Part shown: in pieces, positions 38,582 through 48,475 of the stretch
Layout of the letters: each line of letters starts with the position of its first letter
Numbering within the stretch: the first letter of the stretch is position 1
Assembly (NCBI GenBank): GCA_046292385.1
Contig: JBKBRF010000008.1
Span: 95,499 to 159,498, forward strand
Origin: Armatimonadota bacterium
Lineage (GTDB): Bacteria; Armatimonadota; SYMT01
DNA length: 64,000 bases
Direction of reading: 5' to 3'
Notes under the pieces: model-generated
What the model was told of the DNA's origin: nothing
Seen by the model: the letters and a program-made list of their open reading frames with translations, nothing else
Database searches by the model: none
Program-made: the position numbers and the translations under genes

Positions 38582-40696
38582 ATGCAACCTACCGTACGTT
38601 CGCAATGGTGCAACACACTGGTACTGGGCGCCGTGGCCCTGGTGGGAGTTTTGATGGCGACCGGTCAGGGCGCCGCGCCTGCGGCTGCGGAGACCGGACT
38701 TGCTGGCCAGACTGTGTGGTTAGAACCCAACCTGGGACAGTCCGACGACCGGGTTCAGTTCATCGCGCGGAGCCCAGCGTATCATGCCATCCTGACCTCT
38801 AAAGGGATGGAAATCGCGCCTGCGCCGAGGCGTCGCGGCGCGAGAATGAAGACCCAGCTCACAATGACGGTGGTCGGCGCCAACTCGCGAGCCGAAACGC
38901 ATGCTTCGGAAGAGCTGCCGACGCGGAGTAACTACTTCATCGGCGATCGCGCGCAGCGCGAGTACCGAGACGTGCCGCAGTTCGGCCGCGTGGAGTACGA
39001 CGAAGTCTACCCCGGCGTGGATCTGGTCTACTATCGCGCCCAGAACAGCCTGAAGTATGACTTCGTGGTGGCGCCCGGCCGCGATCCGGACATCGTCCGC
39101 CTCCGGTTCGAGGGAGCGAAGCAGATTCGCGTCGCCGATAACGGTGACCTGGTCCTGCGCACCTCCGAAGGCGAGCTCCGGCACGAGAAGCCGTTCATCT
39201 ATCAGGACGTGAACGGTGTTCGCAAGCCGGTGTCCGGCGGCTATGAGCTTTCAGCGGATAACCAGGTCGGCTTTGTGGTTGGGTCGTACGACGCGAGCCG
39301 CCCGCTGGTGATCGATCCGACGATGACCTATTCCGTACTGATGGATCACTCCGGCGGGGTTGGCGTGGTGACGGCAACCCGCGTATCCACCTCGACCGAC
39401 CCGTCGCAGACCAAGATTGTCTACGTGCTGGGTACCGGAAACAACTACGTGGGTGGGAACTGGGTGCAGTGTATCGTCATTTCCAAGCACGAAGATCCTG
39501 ACCTGGACCCTTTTACCGATGCTACCCGGCCGTGGCAGCAGTATTATGGTGTCAGCACTGCTAACAGTTATGACGGCGGCATCTTCGTCGACTCGAATGG
39601 AGCTGTGTATGTGACGGGATACGTTGCCAGCAATGGGAACGACGTGTGCATATACAAGATCAACCCAACGACCAGTGGCGTCGACTATAGCTGCACCGTC
39701 GGCGGTACGGGTGATGACCGAGGATACGACATCGCCGCGGACGGAGATGGCGATATCTACGTCACGGGTTACACCAACGGCAACTTTCCGACTACCACCG
39801 GCGCTTACCAGACCAGCTACGGCGGAAGCGGCGACGCGTTCGTGCTCAAGCGTAACCCCGGCACGAACACCACCGTCTACTCCACCTACCTGGGTGGCAG
39901 CGACAATGATGCGCCCTCGCCCTTTATGGGGCTGGCGGTCGACGGCAGCGAGCAGGCCTATGTGGGCGGTACGGTGGCGACCGGCTCGGTGGACGGGTAT
40001 GTCAAGGTGCTTAACTCCAGTGGCTCGGGGCTGGTCTACAACACCTCCCTCGGTGGCAGCAGCGCCGATTACGTGTATGATCTGGCGATCTACCCGGATA
40101 CGGTCAATGGCGGCGCCTACGCCTTCGTAACGGGAGAAACGAGCTCCAGCAACTTCCCGGTCACCACTGGCGCGCTCGATACCACCTACTCGACCGGCTA
40201 TATGAGCTTTAGCCAGAGAGACGCGTTCGTAGCGAAGCTCAGCTCTTCCGGAAGCATCGTGTACTCTACGTACCTGGGTGGGGAGCGCAGCTACATGCAG
40301 TCGAGCGGGTTCGGCGACGACTTCGGCTACGGGATCGCGGTGGATGCGGACGAGAACGGCAACGTCTTCGCCTACGTGACCGGCGGGACCACCACGCAGA
40401 CCAGTCCCGGATTCCCCAGAGTCAATCCGGTTGATTACCGACCTGGCAATGGCACGATCGAGGGCAATAGCAACGCCGGTTATATGGACGTGTTCGTTAG
40501 CAAGCTCAACCACCAAGGGACCGCCCTGGAGTACTCCACTTACATCGGGGCCAATCACTCGGAGCACGGTACCGGCATCGCCGTAGATGCGGATGGGCGA
40601 GCGTTCTTCTGCGGCAGCACCTACGGTGGGATCTATCCGGCGAGCAACGCCCCGAACTACGGCTCCGGATACCACTTCCTCACCGTGTTCGAGTAA
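38582..40696 (+). CDS. Secreted SBBP (seven-bladed beta-propeller) repeat protein
   Basis: EPN.GQ, YPGVDL.Y, LKYDF.V.PG.DP and PLVIDP, followed by repeats of YVTG.T..NFP.T / DAFV.K / YSTYLGG. Confidence 0.9.
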   Translation: MQPTVRSQWCNTLVLGAVALVGVLMATGQGAAPAAAETGLAGQTVWLEPNLGQSDDRVQFIARSPAYHAILTSKGMEIAPAPRRRGARMKTQLTMTVVGANSRAETHASEELPTRSNYFIGDRAQREYRDVPQFGRVEYDEVYPGVDLVYYRAQNSLKYDFVVAPGRDPDIVRLRFEGAKQIRVADNGDLVLRTSEGELRHEKPFIYQDVNGVRKPVSGGYELSADNQVGFVVGSYDASRPLVIDPTMTYSVLMDHSGGVGVVTATRVSTSTDPSQTKIVYVLGTGNNYVGGNWVQCIVISKHEDPDLDPFTDATRPWQQYYGVSTANSYDGGIFVDSNGAVYVTGYVASNGNDVCIYKINPTTSGVDYSCTVGGTGDDRGYDIAADGDGDIYVTGYTNGNFPTTTGAYQTSYGGSGDAFVLKRNPGTNTTVYSTYLGGSDNDAPSPFMGLAVDGSEQAYVGGTVATGSVDGYVKVLNSSGSGLVYNTSLGGSSADYVYDLAIYPDTVNGGAYAFVTGETSSSNFPVTTGALDTTYSTGYMSFSQRDAFVAKLSSSGSIVYSTYLGGERSYMQSSGFGDDFGYGIAVDADENGNVFAYVTGGTTTQTSPGFPRVNPVDYRPGNGTIEGNSNAGYMDVFVSKLNHQGTALEYSTYIGANHSEHGTGIAVDADGRAFFCGSTYGGIYPASNAPNYGSGYHFLTVFE

Positions 40697-40809
40697 ACGG
40701 GGCATCGTCTCTCGCGCAATCCCGGGGCCGGCTTCGGCCGGCCCCGGGTGTTTTGCAGAGCGTTCCATGGATGGAAGCTCACCCCGCCGGCTCTCATCTC
40801 CTCCAGGGC

Positions 40810-41616
40810 TCACTCGGCGCGGGTGCCCCAGGCCTGGACGATCCGGGCGACTCCCGAGATGGTGCGGGGGTTTTCGGCGAACCCCCATAGCTCCCGCACG
40901 AGCTCCTCGATCTCCGCTGCGGTGGCCAGGCCGTCGCGGACGGGCGTCTCGCCGAGGCTCTCCATGGTGATGGGGGTGACCCACTTCGCCTCGCCCTGAA
41001 GCGCGGTCGGCTGGACGACGTCGACCTGGATTCCCTCGAACCCGGCCTCGGCGAGGATCACCGGCAGGCGGGGGCCGAGATCCGGATCCCCACCCCGCCG
41101 CCGCACCGACTCGGAGTAGAGCGCCACGTAGCGGCGGAGCGCCGGGCAGTCGGGATAGGAGAAATGGCCGGAGAAGTCGACGTCTTCCACCAGGAGCGTG
41201 CCGCCGGGCTTGAGCGCCGCGTGGAGACGCTGCACGCAGTCCTCGGGATGCGGCAGGTGGGACAGGATGAACCGGCAGTAGACGAGGTCGAATGCACTCT
41301 CGTCCAGCGACTCGCGGGCGTCCAGCCGCCGGAACTCGACGTTCTCCACTCCGGCCTGCTCCGCGTCCGACCGCGCCAGCTCCAGCTTCTCCTCATCGAG
41401 GTCGGCACCGAGCACCGTTCCACGTGGACCTACGCGGCGGCCGATCTCGAGCGTGACGTCGCCGCCTCCGCACCCGAGGTCGAGGCAGACGGCCCCGGAG
41501 GGCAGCTCCAGCCGGTCGAGGGCCGCGCGGGTGGTCGGGGCCAGCACGCGGGAGAGGAGACGCAGCCGCTCGCGACCGGCAGCGCCCCCGCAGAGAACGT
41601 AGCGCTCTGGTTCCAG
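40810..41616 (-). CDS. Class I SAM-dependent methyltransferase
   Basis: LDLGCGGG, FDLVYCRF and LKPGG. Start uncertain: CTG after AGGAGG. Confidence 0.88.
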   Translation of the reverse strand: MEPERYVLCGGAAGRERLRLLSRVLAPTTRAALDRLELPSGAVCLDLGCGGGDVTLEIGRRVGPRGTVLGADLDEEKLELARSDAEQAGVENVEFRRLDARESLDESAFDLVYCRFILSHLPHPEDCVQRLHAALKPGGTLLVEDVDFSGHFSYPDCPALRRYVALYSESVRRRGGDPDLGPRLPVILAEAGFEGIQVDVVQPTALQGEAKWVTPITMESLGETPVRDGLATAAEIEELVRELWGFAENPRTISGVARIVQAWGTRAE

Positions 41617-41695
41617 CGGACCCCTCCTGCGCGTGAAAGGACCGGGCGGTCGAGGTGACGGAGGTCGACCTCGGACCACGCGCCCGGCATGCGAA

Positions 41696-41727
41696 AAGGC
41701 CCCCGCCGTTTACGACGAGGGCTTCCG
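41696..41727 (-). terminator. Intrinsic terminator after tRNA-Ala
   Basis: GCCCTCGTCGT-AA-ACGGCGGGGGC followed by CTTTT on the minus strand. Confidence 0.65.
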
Positions 41728-41730
41728 GAG

Positions 41731-41803
41731 TGGACCTGAGGGGATTCGAACCCCTGACCTCCGCGATGCGAACGCGGCGCTCTCCCAACTGAGCCACAGG
41801 CCC
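41731..41803 (-). tRNA. tRNA-Ala(CGC)
   Basis: GGGCCTGTGGCTCAGTTGGGAGAGCG...TTCGCAT...GGTTCGAATCC. Confidence 0.95.
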
Positions 41804-41849
41804 GTATCTGATTGTCAACGCGGCGGCCGGGGGGCACCACGCAGGCACC

Positions 41850-41878
41850 ATTATAGGGACCGCCTCCGCGGGTGTCAA
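41850..41878 (-). promoter_or_regulatory. Consensus sigma70 promoter of tRNA-Ala
   Basis: TTGACA-17 bp-TATAAT. Confidence 0.85.
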
Positions 41879-42666
41879 CACTCCGGCCCGCGAATCTCCG
41901 CTCCCACCGGCGGCCGGCCGAACGCCTCCCAGGCGCTGCCGCCGCGGAGGAAAAGCTCCATCCAGCAGACCCGGGAGCCGTCCGCCCGGGGCCAGCCGCT
42001 GCTGCCGGGCGCGAAGGCGAGCTCGCCGGGGCGAACCTCGAAGCTGCCGTGGGAGATCTTCGCCTCCCGCTCCACCTCGCCGATCCGGACGCGGACCGAA
42101 TCGCCCTCGCGCAGGGGGTGGGCGCCGGCCTCGACCGTCGTCTTCAGGTTCCCGTAGCCGTCGATGTAGGCGACGCGGTCGGCGAGCGGCTCCGGGATCT
42201 CGCTCGGGTTCAGCGTCTCCCCCAGTGCCTCCGGTCGTCCCAGGGCGATGGCGGCGGCAGCCTGGGGGAAGAGGTCGCGCGAGCGGAACTGCGATCCCTC
42301 GCACGGGACCGCAGCCCAGCGAAGCTCTTCGGCGACGTCCCGCAGGAACGAGAAGGCGCAGCCGGCGTTCACGCCGATGACGCGGACGCCCGTCGCGAGG
42401 CGCGCGAAGGCGAGTCGCTCTCCCGCGTTCTCGTGCCGGGCCTCGCCGTCATCTTCTCGCGGCGCAACGTTGTGGTAGATGAGGGTCCCTGCCGGCGCCG
42501 GGTTGAGCGCGAGCTGCGCGATGCAGAATCCTGCCGCCAGCGTGGAGAACGCCGGCACCGGCGTCAGCACCGGCTCCGCGTCCGGCAGCGCCAGCTTGAG
42601 CCGCTGCACCACCTCCGCGAAGGCAAGGTCCCCGTAGCCGTAGTCCGCGATCACGTGCACCAGCAT
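41875..42666 (-). CDS. SAM hydroxide adenosyltransferase / fluorinase-chlorinase superfamily (DUF62-like) protein
   Basis: ADYG..D, F..RD.F, YIDGYGNLKT, GSSG..E and A...F. Confidence 0.8.
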   Translation of the reverse strand: MLVHVIADYGYGDLAFAEVVQRLKLALPDAEPVLTPVPAFSTLAAGFCIAQLALNPAPAGTLIYHNVAPREDDGEARHENAGERLAFARLATGVRVIGVNAGCAFSFLRDVAEELRWAAVPCEGSQFRSRDLFPQAAAAIALGRPEALGETLNPSEIPEPLADRVAYIDGYGNLKTTVEAGAHPLREGDSVRVRIGEVEREAKISHGSFEVRPGELAFAPGSSGWPRADGSRVCWMELFLRGGSAWEAFGRPPVGAEIRGPEC

Positions 42667-43120
42667 AATCCGTCCCAGACTCACCGCAGAGAACGCAGAG
42701 GGCGCGGAGAGTGAGCCGAGGGCAAACCTCGACCCAACCGAAGCCGTTGGTGAACGATGGAGCGTACCCATCCCCAGGCGCGATCGAAACCGGCGGACGC
42801 GGTAGGGCTGAGCGGCGCCTCGGCCGAGCTGCGAACGAGATACGTCGAGCAACTGATCCGGTAGGAGCACCCTCTCCGACGCGAGGTCACCGACGGTGCG
42901 GATGGGCGTCCGGAGGACGCGTGGCCGAAGGCCGAGTAGCGAGGGAATTCATTCCCCCGCAGTCGCCGGGGCTCCTCGCCGCTGAACGATGGAGCGTACC
43001 CGCGGCTGTACGCGGTTGAAACAGTCCGGTCTTTCCTCTCCGCTCTTCCACCTAAAAACCAGGGAGAGGGAGCGTGGTCTCCCACTCTCCCTCTCCCCCA
43101 TTCACCCACTCAGTGGCGTG

Positions 43121-45556
43121 TTAGTCCTGGCGCTTCGGCGGGCGGAAGCGGGCACCCACTCCGGTGCTCGCCGGGCGCGGCGGGATGTCGCCGCCCCGCT
43201 CGCCGCCGCCTTCACCACCGCCCTGCGGGCGCTCGGTGCGCTCTTCGGCCGGGGCCTCTTCCCGCGGGCCGCCGCCACCGCCGCCGCGAGGGCCGCGGTC
43301 CCGGTCCCGGTCGCGATCGCCGCCGCCGCGAGGGCCGCGGTCGCCGCCCCGGTCGCCACCCCGGTCGCCACCGCGTCCGCCGCGGTCGCCGCCGAAGCCG
43401 CCGCCGCGTCCACCGCGGTCACCCCCGCCGCCGAAGCCGCCCCGCTCGCGCGGAGGTGAGACGTGCTCCGGCACCGGCTCCGTCTCGGCGTCGAGGCAGG
43501 CCTTGCGGGAGAGGTCGACCCGTCCCTGGCTGTCGACCGAGATCACCTTCGCCTCGATCATGTCGCCGATCTTCACCACGTCGTCCGGCCGGCCGATGCG
43601 GTGGTGGCTCAGCTCGTGGGTGGGGATCAGGCCTTCCTTGCCGGGGGCGATCTCCATCATGGCGCCCTTGCCCATCAGGCGGGTCACCGGGCCGGTGTAG
43701 GTCTCGCCGACCGAGATGTCCTTGATCAGCGCCTGGATGGTGCGCATCGCCTGCTCGCCGCTCTCCAGGTCCTGCGCGGCGATGAAGACCTTGCCGTCCT
43801 GCTCGATGTCGATCTTGGTCTGGGTGTCGGCCTGGATCTTCTTGATCACCTTGCCTCCCGGGCCGATCAGCTCGCCGATCCGCTCCGGGTTGATCTCCAG
43901 GCTCAGGATGCGCGGCGCGAACTGCGAGAGCTCCTCGCGCGGCTTCTCGATCGCCTTGAGCATCTCGCCCATGATGTGCATCAGGCCGCGGCGCGCCTGC
44001 GCGATCGCGGCTTCCATCACCGGCCAGGAGATGCCGCTGATCTTGGTGTCGAGCTGGAGCGCGGTGATGCCGTGCTCCGTGCCGGTCACCTTGAAGTCCA
44101 TGTCCCCGCCGAAGTCTTCCATGCCCTGGATGTCGGAGAGGACCGCATACTGGTCCCCCTCGGTCATCAGGCCCATGGCGATCCCGGAGACGGGCGCCTT
44201 CAGCGGCACGCCGGCGTCCATCATGGAGAGCGTGCTGCCGCAGGTGCTCGCCATGGAGGTGGAGCCGTTCGATTCCAGCACGTCCGAGACCACGCGGATC
44301 ACGTACGGGAAGTCTTCCTTGGCCGGAAGCACCGCCCGCAGCGCCCGCTCGGCGAGCGCGCCGTGTCCCACTTCCCGCCGTCCCGGTCCGCGCATCGGCC
44401 GGGTCTCGCCCACGCTGTAGGGCGGGAAGTTGTAGTGGTGCATGTAGGTCTTCGACTCTTCCTCGCCGAGACCGTCGATCATCTGGTCCTCGCTGGTGCC
44501 GCCGAGGGTGGCGACGGAGAGGACCTGCGTCTGGCCGCGGGTGAAGAGAGCGGAGCCGTGGGTGCGCGGGAGCAGGCCGACCTCGCTGGTGATCTGGCGG
44601 ATCTCCTCCAAGCCGCGGCCGTCCGGCCGGACCCGGTCTTCCAGGATCATCTTGCGGAGCTGCTGCTTCGCCACCTTTTCCACGGCGTCACCCAGCTCGC
44701 GCTCCCGCTCCGGGAACCGCTCCGCCAGCTTGGCGACGATCCCCTTCTTCAGGTCGCTGATCGCGTCCTCGCGGGCCGCCTTGTCCGGGTTGGAGAGCGC
44801 GGAGCGCACCTCGGCGGCGTGCTCCTGGGCCGCGGCCATCAGCTCCGGATCGACCTTCTTCTGGACGATCTCGCCGTAATCCTTGCCGACCTCTTTTCGC
44901 CACTCCTTCAGGAAGCGGCAGATCTCCGCGACCGCCTCGTGACCGAAGCGCATCGCCTCCAGCACCCGGTCGTCCGGCACCTGGTTGGCGCCGGCCTCCA
45001 CCATCAGGATGCCTTCCTCGGTCCCGGCCACCACCAGCTCGAGATCGCCGGCGTCGATCTGCTCCCGCGAGGGGTTCAGGACCAGCTCACCGTCCACGAT
45101 ACCGACGCGGACGGCACCGATCGGGCCGTTCCACGGGATGTTGGAGATGGTCAGGGCCGCGGATGCCGCGTTCATCGCCAGGATGTCCGGCGGGTTGTTC
45201 TGATCCACGGAGAGCGGCATCGTCACGACCTGCACGTCGTTGCGCATGCCGTCCGGGAAGAGCGGTCGGATCGGCCGGTCGATCAGCCGGGAGGTGAGCA
45301 CGGCGCGCTCGCTCGGCTTCCCTTCGCGCTTGAAGAAGCCGCCGGGGATCTTTCCCACGGAGTACATCCGCTCTTCGTAGTCGCAGGTGAGCGGGAAGAA
45401 GTCGATGTCGCGGGGGGTGCTGCTCATCGTCGCGGTGGCCATCACCACCGTGTCCCCCGAGCGTACGGTCACCGCGCCGCCGGCCTGCTTTGCAATCTTG
45501 CCGGTCTCGAACTCGATGACCTGCCCACCAATGGTGAGCTCTCGCCTATTTGCCAT
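43121..45556 (-). CDS. pnp: Polyribonucleotide nucleotidyltransferase
   Basis: DFFPLT, SRLIDRPIRPLFP, HGSALFTRGQTQ and GDMDFKV, plus KH and S1 domains. Confidence 0.98.
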   Translation of the reverse strand: MANRRELTIGGQVIEFETGKIAKQAGGAVTVRSGDTVVMATATMSSTPRDIDFFPLTCDYEERMYSVGKIPGGFFKREGKPSERAVLTSRLIDRPIRPLFPDGMRNDVQVVTMPLSVDQNNPPDILAMNAASAALTISNIPWNGPIGAVRVGIVDGELVLNPSREQIDAGDLELVVAGTEEGILMVEAGANQVPDDRVLEAMRFGHEAVAEICRFLKEWRKEVGKDYGEIVQKKVDPELMAAAQEHAAEVRSALSNPDKAAREDAISDLKKGIVAKLAERFPERERELGDAVEKVAKQQLRKMILEDRVRPDGRGLEEIRQITSEVGLLPRTHGSALFTRGQTQVLSVATLGGTSEDQMIDGLGEEESKTYMHHYNFPPYSVGETRPMRGPGRREVGHGALAERALRAVLPAKEDFPYVIRVVSDVLESNGSTSMASTCGSTLSMMDAGVPLKAPVSGIAMGLMTEGDQYAVLSDIQGMEDFGGDMDFKVTGTEHGITALQLDTKISGISWPVMEAAIAQARRGLMHIMGEMLKAIEKPREELSQFAPRILSLEINPERIGELIGPGGKVIKKIQADTQTKIDIEQDGKVFIAAQDLESGEQAMRTIQALIKDISVGETYTGPVTRLMGKGAMMEIAPGKEGLIPTHELSHHRIGRPDDVVKIGDMIEAKVISVDSQGRVDLSRKACLDAETEPVPEHVSPPRERGGFGGGGDRGGRGGGFGGDRGGRGGDRGGDRGGDRGPRGGGDRDRDRDRGPRGGGGGGPREEAPAEERTERPQGGGEGGGERGGDIPPRPASTGVGARFRPPKRQD

Positions 45557-45796
45557 TGCATGCTCCTGCCCCTGCCGGCGCCACCGCAGTGGCCGCCCGA
45601 GGCGTTCGGGAGCTCCGTCCGGCTGACAACCCGCCCGCTAAGAGACAACGCCTCCCCATCGGGCCCCCGTAGAGGGGCCGTCCGAGAAGGCGTAGTCGTA
45701 TAGCACCAGCAGGCGTTGTTTGTGCCAGCACCGGGAGCTCGCTAAGTCGTACCGGCTCCCCGAGGGGAGCCGGACCGTAACTGTCTGTCCGCGTCC

Positions 45797-46066
45797 CTAC
45801 CGCCGGATTCCCAGCCGAGCGATCAAGGAGCGATATCGGCTGATATCCTTGTTGCTCAGGTAGTTCAACAGGCGGCGCCGCTGCCCCACCATCATGAGGA
45901 GCCCGCGGCGAGAGTGGAAGTCCTTGGGATGCGTGCGGAGATGATCCGTGAGCTGCTGGATGCGCGACGTAAGCAGCGCGACCTGCACTTCCGGCGAGCC
46001 AGTGTCGCCTTCGTGCGTAGCATACTCCGTGATGATCTCGTTCTTTCGCTCCGCAGCCAGAGCCAT
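45797..46066 (-). CDS. rpsO: 30S ribosomal protein S15
   Basis: [13 protein letters not shown]...[10 protein letters not shown], upstream of pnp. Confidence 0.98.
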   Translation of the reverse strand: MALAAERKNEIITEYATHEGDTGSPEVQVALLTSRIQQLTDHLRTHPKDFHSRRGLLMMVGQRRRLLNYLSNKDISRYRSLIARLGIRR

Positions 46067-46246
46067 AGCGTTACAGCCTCCTAGCCCCGTGAAGGGAGAA
46101 GATAGGGCCGATCGCCCCATCGACTACGCCCCTGTCTCCCGCGCGAGCCGCAGGGTGCGGAGAATGACTGGACGGAAGGCAGCCGCGCCGCGCTCCGTCC
46201 AACCATCCCACCGCACCGGCCAACGCCGGAAAGCAGAAGACACCGA

Positions 46247-46276
46247 AGATTACCATTCCCCGGCGGAGCGTGTCAA
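46247..46276 (-). promoter_or_regulatory. rpsO promoter
   Basis: TTGACA-18 bp-TAATCT with an extended TG, giving a ~175-nt leader. Confidence 0.65.
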
Positions 46277-46284
46277 ACCTAAGC

Positions 46285-46385
46285 GATGAGGGATGAACGC
46301 TGAAGGATGAATCCTTAATTCGGCAGGCGGTACGCCTCGCTTCCAGGTTCGGATTCATCTTTCATCCCTCTGCCTTCATCCCTCA
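46285..46385. repeat. Inverted heptamer tandem arrays (GATGAnn / nnTCATC)
   Basis: gatgagg gatgaac gctgaag gatgaat ... ttcatct ttcatcc ctctgcc ttcatcc. Confidence 0.8.
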
Positions 46386-47609
46386 GAGCAGCTCCACCCA
46401 CACCGTCTCTCCGGCCTCCAGGCCCTCTACGTTCTCCGGCACCACCACCACGCCGTCGGCCTGGACGAGCGTCATCATCAGGGTGCTCTTGCCGAGGAGC
46501 GGCTCCGCGGCCCAGCCGTCGTTCTCCGGTACCAAGCGCACCCGGACGTAGTCTTCCTTGCCGGCGTCGGAGGCGTAGGCGCGGGAGAGGCGCGCGGGGA
46601 TGCTGCCGCGGGAGGGCAGCGGGCGGGTCTCCCCGGCCAGACGGCGGAGGTAGGGGCGGACGAACTGGTCGAAGACGATCAGCGCCGACACCGGGTTGCC
46701 GGGCAGGCCGAGCAGCAGATGCGATCCCGCGGCCACCGCGATCACCGGCTTGCCCGGCCGGATCGACACCCCGTGCAGCAGCAGCTCCGCGCCGGGCAAA
46801 CCGAGCAGCACCTCCAGGGTCCAGTCCCGGGTGCCGACCGACGAGCCGCCCGCCACCAGCAGGCAATCGGTGTTGGACAGGGCGTCGGTGACGGCGGCGT
46901 GCAGCTCGGCACGCTCGTCGCGCACGATCGGGTACGGAACCGCCACTGCCCCGGCCTGCTCCACGGCGGCGCAGAGAGCGGAGGTGTTGATGTCGCGCAC
47001 CTCCCCCGGCCGCGGCTGCTCCTCCGGAGGCACGATCTCGTCCCCCGTCGGGATCACCGCCACCCGGGGGCGCCGGAAGACCTCCACTTCCACCACTCCC
47101 ACCCCCGCGCAGGCGCCGATATCCTGTGGGCGCAGGAGCCGTCCCGCGGGTAGGAGGAGGTCGCCGCGGCGGAGGTCGTCGCCCGCGCACACCATTCCCT
47201 CGCCCGGGGCCGCCGCGCGGGAGATCTCCACCAGCTCCCCCACCAGCTCCGTGTACTCCACCATCACCACCGCATCGGCCTGCTCCGGCACCATCCCGCC
47301 GGTCGCGATCCGGATCGCCTCGCCCCGCGCGACCGGGCGCTCCGCGGCGGCTCCCATCGCCACTTCCCCCGCCAGCTTCAGGTAGGCAGGCAAGGATGAA
47401 GACGCGCCGAAGGTGTCTGCGGCGCGGACCGCGTACCCATCCACGACGGCGCGCGGGAACTCCGGGAGCTCGATCGGAGAGCGCACCTCCGCGGCCAGGA
47501 TTCGGCCGGCGGCGCGGGAGAGGGGGACGGTCTCCGAGGGGAGCCGCGGCACGGGCCGCTCCAGCAGCCGTCGGGCCTCGGCGGCGGACTTTACGTTGAA
47601 GAAGAGCAT
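46383..47609 (-). CDS. moeA: Molybdopterin molybdotransferase
   Basis: VDGYAVRA.D, IATGG..P..ADAVVMVE, TGDEI, GGSSVG.RD, RPGKP and LPGNPVS. Confidence 0.95.
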   Translation of the reverse strand: MLFFNVKSAAEARRLLERPVPRLPSETVPLSRAAGRILAAEVRSPIELPEFPRAVVDGYAVRAADTFGASSSLPAYLKLAGEVAMGAAAERPVARGEAIRIATGGMVPEQADAVVMVEYTELVGELVEISRAAAPGEGMVCAGDDLRRGDLLLPAGRLLRPQDIGACAGVGVVEVEVFRRPRVAVIPTGDEIVPPEEQPRPGEVRDINTSALCAAVEQAGAVAVPYPIVRDERAELHAAVTDALSNTDCLLVAGGSSVGTRDWTLEVLLGLPGAELLLHGVSIRPGKPVIAVAAGSHLLLGLPGNPVSALIVFDQFVRPYLRRLAGETRPLPSRGSIPARLSRAYASDAGKEDYVRVRLVPENDGWAAEPLLGKSTLMMTLVQADGVVVVPENVEGLEAGETVWVELL

Positions 47610-47887
47610 GCAGGCAGGTGGCCGGCGCCTGGGATAGGCGGGCGTGAATCTGAGGGAACCCTTAGGGGGACCTCCGGGTCTTCCGCGGAGCCGTCCGTCA
47701 TTCCAAGCGAACTTTTCTCCAGATTCGGTATAGGGAAGCGCGGCGATAATCCGAGAATGTATTCGGGATCGGCAAGAGACGTCTCCGCGCACTCTCCTCC
47801 GCGCACGAGCTTCTGCGGGCCCTCGATTTTATCCCTGACCAGCCAGGCTACCCGGCTTCACCCTCGAGCGACAGCGGAGCGGCATCA

Positions 47888-48475
47888 ATGCGTATCGTCG
47901 AGATTCTCTTCTACGGCGTCAACAAGGTCAAGCTCGTGGTAGAGATGCCGGACCCCGACCGGTGCACCACGGACTGCAACCCCCACGTCCCCCGCGGTCT
48001 CTTCAATCTCTTCCCCCACATGGCACGCCACAAGTGCCACAACGGCAACGGCTACTCCTTCAAGCGGGAGGCCATGGCCACCGAAGTTCCCCACCTGCTG
48101 GAGCACCTGATCATCGAGCTTCAGGCCCAGGCCCAGCATCACGAGATCCTGAAGGGCGAGACGCAGTGGAACTGGCGCGTCGATCCCCGCGGCACGTTCC
48201 ACGTCCACGTGGAGTACGAGAACGAGCTGCTGGTCCTCGCCGCGATCCGGCTGGCCGAGCGGGTGGTGAACGCGCTCGACTCCGGGCAGATCGAGTCGAT
48301 CGACATGACGTGGGAGATGGAGCGCCTGAAGCAGATCGCCGACCTCGGCCGCGGCCTCCGCGCCCCTGCCGCCGGTGCCCGCCGCGTGCCCCTCTCGCTG
48401 GAAACGCCCCTCGCCGTCGGCGCCAAGGGCGGTCGCACCGGCTCCCGCCGCCGCAAGAAGGACGCGGTCGGGTAG
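47888..48475 (+). CDS. Stand-alone cyanophycin synthetase N-terminal-like domain protein
   Basis: H-K-C...F.R....T...HLLEHLIIELQ...G.T...VEYE matches the CphA N-domain pattern. Confidence 0.75.
   Translation: MRIVEILFYGVNKVKLVVEMPDPDRCTTDCNPHVPRGLFNLFPHMARHKCHNGNGYSFKREAMATEVPHLLEHLIIELQAQAQHHEILKGETQWNWRVDPRGTFHVHVEYENELLVLAAIRLAERVVNALDSGQIESIDMTWEMERLKQIADLGRGLRAPAAGARRVPLSLETPLAVGAKGGRTGSRRRKKDAVG

Noticed and set aside
38200..41803. Integrative element at tRNA-Ala
   Set aside because: No integrase and no duplicated tRNA 3' end was seen.
46067..46245. S15 autoregulatory leader RNA
   Set aside because: Plausible by position, but I could not identify a specific known structure by eye.
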